Below, piece by piece: positions 8,377-18,224 of a DNA stretch of 64,000 nucleotides. This stretch comes from a virus. The notes under the pieces were generated by a model. It did no database searches and was not told the DNA's origin. It saw only the letters and a list, made by a program, of their open reading frames with translations. The position numbers were made by a program, and so were the translations under genes. The stretch lies in IMG/VR virus record IMGVR_UViG_3300025137_000016. One strand, given 5' to 3'. The first letter of the stretch is position 1. Every line of letters starts with the position of its first letter.

Positions 8377-9098
8377 CGTCTTCCACCTTTTGAGTTGTTT
8401 CCACCATATGTCACAAAGCCACCTGAGAAAGTGACAGGATTGCCCTTACCATCTGTGACGACATTTGCTGGTATATCTTCTTCAATGCGATCTATAACTG
8501 TTGGTGCTGTAGGAACACCAGTAGGAACATCGCTAACTCCTGCTGGTAATTTTTCCTTAGAATATTGTGCACCTCTCCAATATCTAAATGTAAGTGTGAC
8601 TCCCAACTTCATTACTTCTTTTCCTTCAGCAGTAAGTGCAATTGGGTTAATCGTTTTTGGATAACATTCATATAATGTCACACCATAAATATTTTTATCT
8701 TGTTTATCTAATACAAAGATAGTAATATCTTTTGTATAATTTTTATAGTAATTAAACTTTCTTGTCACAGGATCTATTACTTGTCCCATCCAGTTATCAA
8801 AATATGTTTTAACTTTCATAGGACGATCAACATAGAACTCCATGTTGACTGCTTCAAATAATCTTTCATAAGGCATCTCTCTATATTCACCAAATGTTCT
8901 TGCTGGTGTTGTAGAGTTATTTAATCCTGGGAGTTGAGTAGACGCACAATACATTAATAGCATTCTAGACATATCGCTACCTTCCATGTTTGGAAGTACA
9001 ACAGCATATCTGTTGGTGATTGCTAATCCCTCTTTCTTTACTTGTGAAGTAAAGTCGTTGAGAGTTGTTTTTGGAGCTTCGTTAAAATTACTTGCCAT
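8373..9098 (-). CDS. Tail-tube-fold protein, baseplate tail tube initiator (gp54-like)
   Basis: NRY.V...C..TQLPG, FYVD....K.YFDNW, LYECYPK; gp19-family fold. Confidence 0.75.
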   Translation of the reverse strand: MASNFNEAPKTTLNDFTSQVKKEGLAITNRYAVVLPNMEGSDMSRMLLMYCASTQLPGLNNSTTPARTFGEYREMPYERLFEAVNMEFYVDRPMKVKTYFDNWMGQVIDPVTRKFNYYKNYTKDITIFVLDKQDKNIYGVTLYECYPKTINPIALTAEGKEVMKLGVTLTFRYWRGAQYSKEKLPAGVSDVPTGVPTAPTVIDRIEEDIPANVVTDGKGNPVTFSGGFVTYGGNNSKGGRR

Positions 9099-9103
9099 AC
9101 AAC

Positions 9104-9112
9104 TATTTAGTT
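9104..9112 (-). promoter_or_regulatory. Late promoter AACTAAATA, predicted leaderless for the 9098 ATG
   Basis: Motif ends 5 nt before the ATG. Confidence 0.7.
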
Positions 9113-9865
9113 CTATCTTTTATACTTTAATTCAGGATCGCCTGTTATTTCAGCCATCTTCTCAAAGGGCAGTCCTGGAGGTATGTCTAGAGCTCGTCTA
9201 TCAAAGTCAATTAATAGAATTAATCGGTGTTCGAAGGAGTAATTATGGGCAGAGTGTATATATTGATTATTAAAGCCAAACGAATCAGACCAATCTACCT
9301 CTGTACCATTCACCTCAAGGAATATGTCACCTGTGGGTATATAAAGGGGTATATGCACTCTAATATGATGACCTCGTCTGTTTTCGGGACCTGTATGCCT
9401 ATGTATAATAGAATCTTTCACTAGTATAGAATAATTGGCAATAGGAACTATGCCTTCATATTTGTTAAGGATCTTATTCGCAGTAGGATATAGTGGTCTT
9501 GCCTTTTCACCTTCTTTATCAACATAATTAGTTGCTGGTGGTTGATACTTTAAATAAACATTTTGCCATGCATCTAGTTTGGCAGGTTTCCTATCTTTAT
9601 TACCAGACACATGCCCCATGCTTTCTCTACTCATTACAGGTACAGCTTTGTTGTCTAATACCCATTGTAATTTTTCATCCATAGATAACTCATTATCAAG
9701 ATGACCAACAAGGTCGTGTATCAACATGCCTTTCTGCTCTTCTAACTCATTAAAGACTGCATCAAGTTTAGGATACTCACCTCGTTTAAATATTTTTTGT
9801 TCTTGTATTTCTCGTAGTCTTTTTTTATCTATTGTAGACCACCATGGTAATGTCATTTTATTCAT
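9113..9865 (-). CDS. Aspartyl/asparaginyl beta-hydroxylase family 2OG-Fe(II) oxygenase
   Basis: HTGPEN..RVHIPL..P, FNN..IHSAHN...RLILLIDF. Confidence 0.9.
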   Translation of the reverse strand: MNKMTLPWWSTIDKKRLREIQEQKIFKRGEYPKLDAVFNELEEQKGMLIHDLVGHLDNELSMDEKLQWVLDNKAVPVMSRESMGHVSGNKDRKPAKLDAWQNVYLKYQPPATNYVDKEGEKARPLYPTANKILNKYEGIVPIANYSILVKDSIIHRHTGPENRRGHHIRVHIPLYIPTGDIFLEVNGTEVDWSDSFGFNNQYIHSAHNYSFEHRLILLIDFDRRALDIPPGLPFEKMAEITGDPELKYKR

Positions 9866-10676
9866 TATCTATTGCTCCTGATTTCCAACTTGGGTTAAGG
9901 ACTTCGCCATCTCTAGCGTAGTCAATTAAATATTTATCTTTACACCCTACAAGTTCTTGTAGCTTAGTCACATGGTAAGAATTGGGTATGCCTAAGAATG
10001 GTCTATGCAAATCCAGTATCATAACCAATCTATGTTTACCTGTTCTATTGTGTGCTGAGTGTACAATCTGATTATTAAATGCAAAGGGTGCTTCATTAAA
10101 TTGTATCTCTTCATCATTTACTTCTAAAAATATATCACCCTCTGGTACATATAGGGGGAAGTGTAATCTTAGTGTCTTACCATTTGGATTCTCATGACCT
10201 GTATGTCTCAGTACAACTGAGTTTGGTGCAATCATTGAGTAAGTAATTACATTAATATATTCATCGTATTTTTCTATAATCTTTTTTAGTACAGGAAGTC
10301 TAGAACGATTAAGCAACATTCTATCTTCACTAACTTCTGATATATCTTCAACAATTGTGGGTTTCCAAATTAAATTCATGGCATGCCAGTTATCCATATT
10401 GCCTGCACCCAATTGCTTGATGCCTTTATTTATCTTTGGCTTAACTTTTCCAGTTTCAAATACAGGTAGTGTATCCTGCTTATACATTTGGTCTAGTTTT
10501 TGTTGAATGTTGCCCTGATAGGGTGCTATTACTTCTTCAAGTAAAGCTGGGCAAAGGGGAAGAATATCGTTAAAGACTTCATCTAATTTGGGGTAGTCAC
10601 CTTGACGAAAGATACCTTGTATTTTTGCTTTGTGTCTTTCTTCAGCTGACCAGTATGAATACTCTGGTAGATCCAT
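9858..10676 (-). CDS. Aspartyl/asparaginyl beta-hydroxylase family 2OG-Fe(II) oxygenase (paralog)
   Basis: HTGHEN..RLHFPL..P, FNN..VHSAHN...RLVMILD. Confidence 0.9.
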   Translation of the reverse strand: MDLPEYSYWSAEERHKAKIQGIFRQGDYPKLDEVFNDILPLCPALLEEVIAPYQGNIQQKLDQMYKQDTLPVFETGKVKPKINKGIKQLGAGNMDNWHAMNLIWKPTIVEDISEVSEDRMLLNRSRLPVLKKIIEKYDEYINVITYSMIAPNSVVLRHTGHENPNGKTLRLHFPLYVPEGDIFLEVNDEEIQFNEAPFAFNNQIVHSAHNRTGKHRLVMILDLHRPFLGIPNSYHVTKLQELVGCKDKYLIDYARDGEVLNPSWKSGAIDNE

Positions 10677-10688
10677 AATAAAATCCTA

Positions 10689-11276
10689 TTAACTTTGAGC
10701 TATCTCTAAACTCTCTCTCCAAACTCTATCTTTAGTTGCTCCTCTAAATCTTTCAACTGGTAGCATCATTGCTGTGTTCCAATTTTCTGGATTAACTTGT
10801 AGGAATTGAGATTTCACTTGAACTTTTAAATATTTCTTTACAGCAGGCTTGCCTAATGCTAACCTTGCCGATCCCCTTATCATAGCCCACTGAAATTTTA
10901 ATCTTGTAGTGTCATCCATTTTTTTATTAGAAGCTGTTGTCATTAATCTTTCTAACAACCTTACTCTTAACAAGTATGGTAGATAATGCATATTAAGTCC
11001 TAAGAAAAATCCTGATTGAATTTCGAATGGGAATACTAAAGGGAATTGATCATAGTATGGTAATTTGTCTGCAGTCTTAGCTTCGTACATGAACATATAT
11101 AATCTTCCAGGCAATAGTCTAGTAGAACGACCATCCTGTTGCATAATCTTTCTAGGCTGTGGTCGCATTTGACGCAATCTAACAACTTCTTTGTTAAACC
11201 AACCTCTTGACTTCTTAGCAATGTTTGGATCAGTTGCTGCCTTATCAAAAAATATTTGTTCTTTGGATTTAGCCAT
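10689..11276 (-). CDS. gp2: DNA end protector protein
   Basis: PGRLYMFMY.AK...LPYYDQFPLV...GLNMHYLP. Confidence 0.95.
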   Translation of the reverse strand: MAKSKEQIFFDKAATDPNIAKKSRGWFNKEVVRLRQMRPQPRKIMQQDGRSTRLLPGRLYMFMYEAKTADKLPYYDQFPLVFPFEIQSGFFLGLNMHYLPYLLRVRLLERLMTTASNKKMDDTTRLKFQWAMIRGSARLALGKPAVKKYLKVQVKSQFLQVNPENWNTAMMLPVERFRGATKDRVWRESLEIAQS

Positions 11277-11718
11277 CTAATTTTCCTAGACTAATTAACA
11301 TTTTTTTATTTTGTTCGTGGGCTTCGACTATGTCTTCTTTACTTTGACCAGTGTAAGGAACTGCATGAAATTCTTGTATCATTTGTTTATTGACAGACTT
11401 ACCATCTATCCATATATCTCCTAAGATACGACCAAACTTTCCAGTCTCGTAATCTTTGTATGTTTTGACTGATAATTTTTTGCCATTCTTCAATGCTTCT
11501 TTTAAATATTCTTTAGCAAGGAGTCCTCGCTTTTTCTCATCTAAATCTCTTGTTCTTGACTCTGGAGTATCGATACCGAATAATCGTACTCTTGATTTGT
11601 ACAGAATATCAAAACCGATGTCAATAATAACATCAATAGTATCGCCATCAACTACTTTGGTCACTGAGCTAATACGATATGAGAAATCTGTAGGATCGCC
11701 TAATGTTGGTTGTGGCAT
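11269..11718 (-). CDS. Thermonuclease (SNase-like)
   Basis: VVDGDTID, RVRLFGIDTPE, GKFGRILG. Confidence 0.92.
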   Translation of the reverse strand: MPQPTLGDPTDFSYRISSVTKVVDGDTIDVIIDIGFDILYKSRVRLFGIDTPESRTRDLDEKKRGLLAKEYLKEALKNGKKLSVKTYKDYETGKFGRILGDIWIDGKSVNKQMIQEFHAVPYTGQSKEDIVEAHEQNKKMLISLGKLDG

Positions 11719-11745
11719 AATGTCTCCTGATTAATTGTTTATCTA

Positions 11746-12213
11746 CTATTTAGTTTTCTTTTCAAGACCAGTCTTGTAAGTTAATCCTAATTCATCTTCA
11801 GTAAGTATAATGAATTTTTGCCCTCTATCTAACGCATAATTCTCTGCTGCTTTCCATTTTGCTGCATTTACAACATATGCTTTTGACTCTGTGAGGTATC
11901 GCTTTGTTCTTCTTCCTGAGAATTTAGGAGGGTTGCATTGAACTTTTGGTTTTATTTCAACTAAATAGGTATGTACAAGACCTTCTTTATTTTTGACTGA
12001 AATTGTAAAGTCAATAAAATATCGATGTATTCTGTTATCAATGGGTGAGCGATAAGGCACTACTGTTTCTTCACTCTTCCATTTTAATACATTGTCTGTG
12101 CGATCGCACCAAGTAGCGAAGCGAGTTTCCCAACTAGACCTCATAATGATGTTGTTGTGGTTTCCTTCGTACTTGTGGGGATTAATTGGGGTGTATTTTC
12201 TCTTGTGAAACAT
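11746..12213 (-). CDS. gp4: Head completion nuclease
   Basis: NP.KY.G...I..RSSWE..F..WCD, W.SEE..VPY, HRYF.DF, EIKP, NAAKW.AA. Confidence 0.95.
   Translation of the reverse strand: MFHKRKYTPINPHKYEGNHNNIIMRSSWETRFATWCDRTDNVLKWKSEETVVPYRSPIDNRIHRYFIDFTISVKNKEGLVHTYLVEIKPKVQCNPPKFSGRRTKRYLTESKAYVVNAAKWKAAENYALDRGQKFIILTEDELGLTYKTGLEKKTK
11747..11755 (-). promoter_or_regulatory. Late promoter AACTAAATA
   Basis: Motif about 30 nt upstream of the thermonuclease ATG, which has SD GGAG. Confidence 0.65.
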
Positions 12214-12244
12214 AACTAAATATATCCTATAGAAAACTATTTAG
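12214..12244. promoter_or_regulatory. Face-to-face pair of late promoters driving the two divergent morphogenesis operons
   Basis: CTAAATA on + at 12216-12222 and on - at 12244-12238, in the 40-bp gap between gp4 and gp48. Confidence 0.7.
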
Positions 12245-12253
12245 GAACTAAAA

Positions 12254-13489
12254 ATGCCAAGATTTGCAAATCCTTTTAAAGCTGGGACAGTCACAACACC
12301 ACACCAGTCTACTTCTCAAACTACTGTATCAGACACAGATCTAAATGCTGCAACAGGCAAGGATAATGCATCAAGTCAATATGCTGTATCTCATCTTTCT
12401 TACCCAGACGATCTACTAAATGTCCCAGACTATGGTGGCAATTATGTTATGTTCTTCATCAACGAAAGACAAGAATCAAAAATAGCTCAAGATACTACTA
12501 GAATATTGGAGGATGTAGATCCTGCAGTTGGTAGAGCTATCAATGGAGCAGGTTTCAGCAATGTAGCTGTACTTGGTTCTTCATTTTTAACTGGAGCTGG
12601 AGCTGGTGGACTTATTGGTGGTCTACTCGGTGGTGGTGGAGCAGGTGTCACTAAAGGTGCTGCTGCTCTTGGATTAATTGGTGGTGGAACTGCTGCGTCA
12701 TTGGGTACAGCAAAAGGATTAAACGCATCGGCATTGGGTAAAGAATTTACCAAACCAGCTAAGAGAATGAAGCACGCAATTGCTTTACATATGCCAAATA
12801 ACTTTGCTATTCGTTCTGGTGCTCAGTATGAAGAAGCAGAAACATTTATGGCTCAAGCATTTATGCAAGGTATCGATGTTATTACTGAAGGAGCAACTGA
12901 TTTAGCAGCAGGTATGGCTGACCAACAATCAGGGAAAGAAGCGATAGGCAGTTTAGTCAAATCACTAACCGATGGTGGTGCTGGTGTTGCTCAATCTGCA
13001 GCATTACAAAATATTCCAGGATCTGAAGCAATACAAGCCATGGCAGGTGTCGCTCCTAATCCTAAAAAAGAACAAATATTCAAGAACATGGATTTTCGTA
13101 CATTCCAGTATGACTATCAGTTCTTCCCTCGCTCGGCTAAGGAATCAGAGAACATAAGAAACATAGTAAACACTTTCAAATACCATATGCATCCTGAATT
13201 TAAAGATGATGATGGTTTCTTATATATCTATCCTGGAGAGTTTGAGATATACTACTACATTGGGGATAATCAAAATCCTTATGTACATAAACATACTTCA
13301 GCTGTCTTAAAAGAAGTGAATGTAAACTATACACCACAAGGACAGTTCGCAACATTCGATAATGGAGCTCCAACGCAAATTAATATGACACTATCCTTTC
13401 AAGAACTATCTATTCTTACTAAAGGTCATCTTGATGCATTTGGTGAGACTCCACCGAAAGAACCTAAAAGTGGAGCAGTAGAAGAATAA
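12254..13489 (+). CDS. gp48: Baseplate tail tube cap
   Basis: L.YP.D, IALHMP, NP.KEQIF....FRTFQYDYQFFPRS..E, FKYHMHP, VNYTP, L.FQE. Confidence 0.92.
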   Translation: MPRFANPFKAGTVTTPHQSTSQTTVSDTDLNAATGKDNASSQYAVSHLSYPDDLLNVPDYGGNYVMFFINERQESKIAQDTTRILEDVDPAVGRAINGAGFSNVAVLGSSFLTGAGAGGLIGGLLGGGGAGVTKGAAALGLIGGGTAASLGTAKGLNASALGKEFTKPAKRMKHAIALHMPNNFAIRSGAQYEEAETFMAQAFMQGIDVITEGATDLAAGMADQQSGKEAIGSLVKSLTDGGAGVAQSAALQNIPGSEAIQAMAGVAPNPKKEQIFKNMDFRTFQYDYQFFPRSAKESENIRNIVNTFKYHMHPEFKDDDGFLYIYPGEFEIYYYIGDNQNPYVHKHTSAVLKEVNVNYTPQGQFATFDNGAPTQINMTLSFQELSILTKGHLDAFGETPPKEPKSGAVEE

Positions 13490-13986
13490 TGGCTGATAGT
13501 TATTTTAAAAAATTTAAAGAGATATACTACATCACAAGAGTTGGTGATCGTGAAGAATTAAAAGTTCTAACCGACATCACAACTAATGTAAGATTAAGAA
13601 AGAAAATATTACAAAATGTGACTGCTTATGAATTTTATAATCTAAAGCAGTTTGAAACAATAGAAAACCTTGCTGAAAAACTTTATGGGAATCCACAAAT
13701 GCATTGGATCCTCATGCTTATTAATGATAGATACGATTATATCAATGACTTCCCCTTAGAACAAGACGCATTTGATAAAATGATCACTGCTAACTACTCA
13801 TCTCCTGATGCCATTAAGTGGTGGAAGAAAGATGGACTAGTGGTTGATTCTACACTTGCTGGGGCAGCAGCACAATCTCATCGTCAGTATGAGCAAGAAA
13901 GAAATGAAGCCAAGAGGAGAATAAAGATCATAACTCCTGCATTAGCCAATCAGGTGGTGCGTGAGTTTAAAAAGATGGAATTATAG
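13489..13986 (+). CDS. gp53: Baseplate wedge subunit
   Basis: YF..F..I.Y, E.LA.KLYG....HWILMLIN, YE...NE.KR.IKI. Confidence 0.92.
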   Translation: MADSYFKKFKEIYYITRVGDREELKVLTDITTNVRLRKKILQNVTAYEFYNLKQFETIENLAEKLYGNPQMHWILMLINDRYDYINDFPLEQDAFDKMITANYSSPDAIKWWKKDGLVVDSTLAGAAAQSHRQYEQERNEAKRRIKIITPALANQVVREFKKMEL

Positions 13987-13989
13987 ATT

Positions 13990-15246
13990 ATGTCAACTCA
14001 AGATGGAGTCACATTCGCTGGTGATGTCACCATTAACTCAATCGAGTTAGTCGCTGGTGGTTCAAAAATAGATATAAGAGAACAGGTAGCTAATATCGAG
14101 TTCTTTGAAGATATCTTTTCACCTTTCATAACAGGTAAAGTCGTGATGAGCGACTCGCAAGACCTACTCAATCGAATGCCATTGATTGGGCAGGAACTTC
14201 TACAGGTGGATATCGAAACACCTGAATTGCCTGGAGGAAAATTCAAAGGCACATTCTACATACATAAACTCACTGAAAGAATCTCTATGGGTGACACTAA
14301 GATGGGTTATGTACTACACTTCATCAATACCGATGCCGTGAAGGACAAGAATAACTCCCTTAACAGTGCGAAAAAGGGCTATTGTAGCAACATAGTACAG
14401 GATATTGTCGCAAAAGACCCCAAAGGACTCGTATCCACAAAGAATTTAAACATGACACCGAGTATGAATGGTACTCGATTCGTCTGTAATAGCTGGTCAC
14501 CGATGAGAGCGATTGATTTTGTCACGGAACGAGCAAAGAACACCCATGGCATAGCCGATTATGTCTTTTATGAGAATAGAGACGGATATAACTTCCTCGG
14601 ACTGTCAGAACTATACGAACAATCACCGATACAAGAATTTATTGACGATAATGAGTCCGTGGATGGTAGTGATACCGACAAGTCCTATAAAAAGGTCTCT
14701 AAATTGTTTATGCATGAAGGATTTAACTTCTTTGAGCGTCTTTCCAGTGGTATGTACATCAATAAGCTGAGCAATTATGACTTAATGACCAAGACCTATA
14801 CCTCTGAGAACTATTCAGGACATGAGATGTTCAAATCTTTACCCTCATTGAATAAATACCCACTAGCAACGAGTGATGTAATTGCCAATGCAGATGCAGC
14901 ATCGTTTAATATGCATACGCATGAGAATATGCATAAAGGCTTTGGTGATACTAGTGTAGAAGCCACATTACTCCAAAGAACAGCACAGATGGCGACCACG
15001 AAAGCCTTTACTGTGAATATTGAAGTCCCAGGACGATGGGATTACACTGTGGGGAAAGTTATTAATCTAACCACATTTAGAAAAGAGTCCACCGACAAGG
15101 ATACCGACATGTTAGATCCTATGTTTAGTGGCAATTATCTAATTTCGGCTATTGGACATACTGTCACGAGCAAGTCACATACTTGCCATATGGAAATCTT
15201 TAAGGACAGTCTAATATTCGACCTAACCCAATTGAGAGACCAATAA
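13990..15246 (+). CDS. Putative baseplate hub protein (gp27-like)
   Basis: EDIFSPFITG, PLIGQE, YVFYEN..GYNF, SGNYLISAI.H; lies between gp53 and gp5. Confidence 0.6.
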   Translation: MSTQDGVTFAGDVTINSIELVAGGSKIDIREQVANIEFFEDIFSPFITGKVVMSDSQDLLNRMPLIGQELLQVDIETPELPGGKFKGTFYIHKLTERISMGDTKMGYVLHFINTDAVKDKNNSLNSAKKGYCSNIVQDIVAKDPKGLVSTKNLNMTPSMNGTRFVCNSWSPMRAIDFVTERAKNTHGIADYVFYENRDGYNFLGLSELYEQSPIQEFIDDNESVDGSDTDKSYKKVSKLFMHEGFNFFERLSSGMYINKLSNYDLMTKTYTSENYSGHEMFKSLPSLNKYPLATSDVIANADAASFNMHTHENMHKGFGDTSVEATLLQRTAQMATTKAFTVNIEVPGRWDYTVGKVINLTTFRKESTDKDTDMLDPMFSGNYLISAIGHTVTSKSHTCHMEIFKDSLIFDLTQLRDQ

Positions 15247-15247
15247 G

Positions 15248-18022
15248 ATGAAAATATATACAGGTATTGTCGAGAATAGAAACGATCCACTTAAAGTTGG
15301 TCGTTGTAAAGTTAGAGTACATGGGGTACATGAGAATGATACTGCCATACTCCCAACCGAAGATCTACCATGGTCAGTACCAGTACTCCCTACCTCCTCC
15401 GCATCTATATCAGGTGTCGGCACCAATCCAGGTGTAGTCGTAGGCAGTATAGTCGCCATTCTCTTTACCGATCCTGATCTACAAATGCCATTAATGCTAG
15501 GTAGCATTCCTGGAGTACCACAAGATCCAGTAGAGAACCATGGCATGGCAATGAAACGCAATTCCAAGTCGCTAGATTTCCTTAACAGTATATCCGAAGG
15601 TGAAGATGGGGAACTCGTAGAAAGTAAGTCGCAAGATGGCTCGTCCTCGGAGGATATAACTCTAGAAGAAGCTCGACCAGTCACCGCACATAAGGTCACA
15701 GCAGAAGGCTTAAATAACATCAAAGAATCCTTTCCATTCGCAGAACAACCCTTTACTGACACAGATGGTAAGATGACGATTGGCTATGGACAACAAACAT
15801 GGGAAGGCAAACCAGTCACGCTAACCTATCCTGGATCAGTCACAGCTGCCAATGCTTCGAATGAACTCGAACGCCATATCAACGATCCCAAAGCAGGATT
15901 AAAGAGTTTACTCGGCAAAAACATAAGAAAACCAGTGACATCTAGCATGTATGACGCACTCGCATCATTCGGACATAACCTATCACCCAAGGAATTCTCA
16001 GCATCTTCAGTACTTTCCCAATTAAACAGTGGAAAATTCGGCTCTGCAGCATCATTACTCCAAAATTTCAGCAAAAAAGCAGGAGATCTGACAGGAGGTT
16101 TGGACGCCAGAAGGCTCACAGAAGCAGGGAGTTTTCTCAAGAAAGGGATACCAACTCCAGGAGGAATTGACATTAAGTCAGCGACGGCAAGTGCTATTGG
16201 GGATAAACTCCCTGACGGCTCGGTCTTTGATGGAGGAGCTGCAAACCTAAAGGAATACAGGGCTTTCGGGCTGGCGAGTAAAAAATACTCTTATCCTAAG
16301 TACACGAACGAATCTGATATCTCACGTCTTGTGAGGGGTGAAGAACTGGATAAGACATCCGTGTATGTAAAAGAAGCGTCTCGATTTTTAGGAGTACAAA
16401 AAGCGACTAGTGTGCTTTCATCTTCGCAAGAGGAAACCGATTCACAGAGATCCACATGGGAGACCAGTGATGTGCCTTATAATGCGGAGTATCCTTACAA
16501 CAAAGCTCTGACCTCAGAAGCAGGACACAGCCTAGAACTAGACGACACACCAGAAGCTGAGAGACTCTCTTTGTATAGCTCTCCAGGTTCTTTCATAGAG
16601 TATGACCATAATGGTACACTCGTTGATCATGTAGTGGGTGATAGATACATACAGAGTAGCAGAAACTCTTACAGTTATACTAGTGGGAATGATGTGGCTT
16701 ATATTGCAGGAGATACTAACCTCTATGTGAGGAATGGGAGTACTGTGAATATAGAAGGTGAGTGTAATGTGATTGTTAACAACAATGTTAATCTTACTAT
16801 TGCTGGGAATATGAAGACTGTAGTCAAAGGGAATTATGATTTAGATATTATTGGGGATGAATTTAAACGAGTTGCTGGCAATAGCGATATACAAATAGGT
16901 GGTGACGAGACGTTTGATGTAGTGGGTAGAGGAATAAGAGTACAGCGAGGGAATTATAGTGAGCACTTTGGTGCAAACTTCTCTAGTTGTGTTGATGGAA
17001 CTACTGGTTATTATCTAACAGGCACTGCTGACACCTACTATGGTGCGAACTTTACTGAGCAAGTGGTGGGCGAACGCACTAGTTGGTCTATTGGCAACAC
17101 ACATATTGATGGTGCACAGGTAAGATTTAACGATCCGAAGAAAAAAGCGAGTGAGCAACTACCCAAAACTCTTGCGAATAGTCCTGCTGCACCAGAGAGT
17201 CCTATTGAATTGCTCTCTCCAATAGCTCCAAGCATGCCAGAACTAGAGGTGAACAGTCGATCAGGGCGATATAGGAACAACTATGAGTCTATTGACGAGG
17301 GCGAAGGGACTGCATATAGGGATTTACTGGTCTCTAGAGGGATCTACAGGGAGGAAAACCTTGACTTGGGTACAGTAAGTACCACTGAGACCCCTACCCT
17401 CAATCCTACCAGAGCTATATATGAGCTATCTGGGACTGAAGTTATTGACAGTATGCAAGAGTTCCCAACAGAACTACAGCTCTCTGCTCGTTTCCAGCTC
17501 AGTGCCTTCACTAAGGGAGGTGCAAGAACACTGCGAGGTGGTGGAGTCTTTGGTATCAGCAAGACACAGATAGTGAAGAACCTGAAGGCACTGGCAGAAG
17601 CCATAGCTGAGCCAGTGTATGACCTCTACCCTAACATGCAGATCCTCGCTGGGTATCGCAACCAAGATGATATAGAGAACAGCAGTAAGACTAACCTCCA
17701 CTACACAGGACAAGCCATGGACATAAGACTTGATGGCTTCACAAGACAAGAGACATTCGATGCAGCAAAGAAACTTGTAGAGGAACTGCCTTATGGCTTT
17801 GACACTCTCACTCTTAACTACAATGGGAAGAAGAGTTGTTGGTTGCATATCTCTTATAGACTTACAGGCAATCGTGAAGTGTTCTCTACAGTAAGAGACC
17901 ATCTAGCCATGGGCAATGATCTACAGTACATACCAGAGACAGGTGCTGTTGCTGATAGCAGTGGGTCGTCGCGATTGGGAGTGGCACCCTCGTTGACTGA
18001 AGAGCTTGCGAAGAGACGATGA
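15248..18022 (+). CDS. gp5: Baseplate central spike: OB fold, GH24 lysozyme-like domain, beta-helix, C-terminal M15 peptidase
   Basis: G.VENRNDPLK.GRCKVR..G.H..LPW; TIGYG; YPYN....SEAGH..ELDDTP..ER; V.G repeats; H.TGQA.DI and WLHIS. Confidence 0.93.
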   Translation: MKIYTGIVENRNDPLKVGRCKVRVHGVHENDTAILPTEDLPWSVPVLPTSSASISGVGTNPGVVVGSIVAILFTDPDLQMPLMLGSIPGVPQDPVENHGMAMKRNSKSLDFLNSISEGEDGELVESKSQDGSSSEDITLEEARPVTAHKVTAEGLNNIKESFPFAEQPFTDTDGKMTIGYGQQTWEGKPVTLTYPGSVTAANASNELERHINDPKAGLKSLLGKNIRKPVTSSMYDALASFGHNLSPKEFSASSVLSQLNSGKFGSAASLLQNFSKKAGDLTGGLDARRLTEAGSFLKKGIPTPGGIDIKSATASAIGDKLPDGSVFDGGAANLKEYRAFGLASKKYSYPKYTNESDISRLVRGEELDKTSVYVKEASRFLGVQKATSVLSSSQEETDSQRSTWETSDVPYNAEYPYNKALTSEAGHSLELDDTPEAERLSLYSSPGSFIEYDHNGTLVDHVVGDRYIQSSRNSYSYTSGNDVAYIAGDTNLYVRNGSTVNIEGECNVIVNNNVNLTIAGNMKTVVKGNYDLDIIGDEFKRVAGNSDIQIGGDETFDVVGRGIRVQRGNYSEHFGANFSSCVDGTTGYYLTGTADTYYGANFTEQVVGERTSWSIGNTHIDGAQVRFNDPKKKASEQLPKTLANSPAAPESPIELLSPIAPSMPELEVNSRSGRYRNNYESIDEGEGTAYRDLLVSRGIYREENLDLGTVSTTETPTLNPTRAIYELSGTEVIDSMQEFPTELQLSARFQLSAFTKGGARTLRGGGVFGISKTQIVKNLKALAEAIAEPVYDLYPNMQILAGYRNQDDIENSSKTNLHYTGQAMDIRLDGFTRQETFDAAKKLVEELPYGFDTLTLNYNGKKSCWLHISYRLTGNREVFSTVRDHLAMGNDLQYIPETGAVADSSGSSRLGVAPSLTEELAKRR

Positions 18023-18224
18023 AGCTCATGATGCATTCCACCCCTATTAGGTATATGAGACAGAAGTGCATACCAGAATGTGTCGCTTTATTGGGCTCCA
18101 TATTTTTTTCCCTAAAAGGTTTTTCCACCAGAGACCTTACACATACCCTACACCTCATGCACATACCCACAGCACGAGAGGGTGAACAAATTTTATTATA
18201 CACATACAACCCGAATAAGTAGAA

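Noticed and set aside
11746-12213. TnsA-like PD-(D/E)xK motif suggesting a transposon
   Set aside because: This is the T4 gp4 head completion nuclease in its normal context; no terminal repeats
18019-18222. 67-aa ORF after gp5, and the antisense ORF 17886..18209
   Set aside because: Atypical composition and no recognisable motif; treated as non-coding, although the ATGA overlap means it cannot be fully excluded
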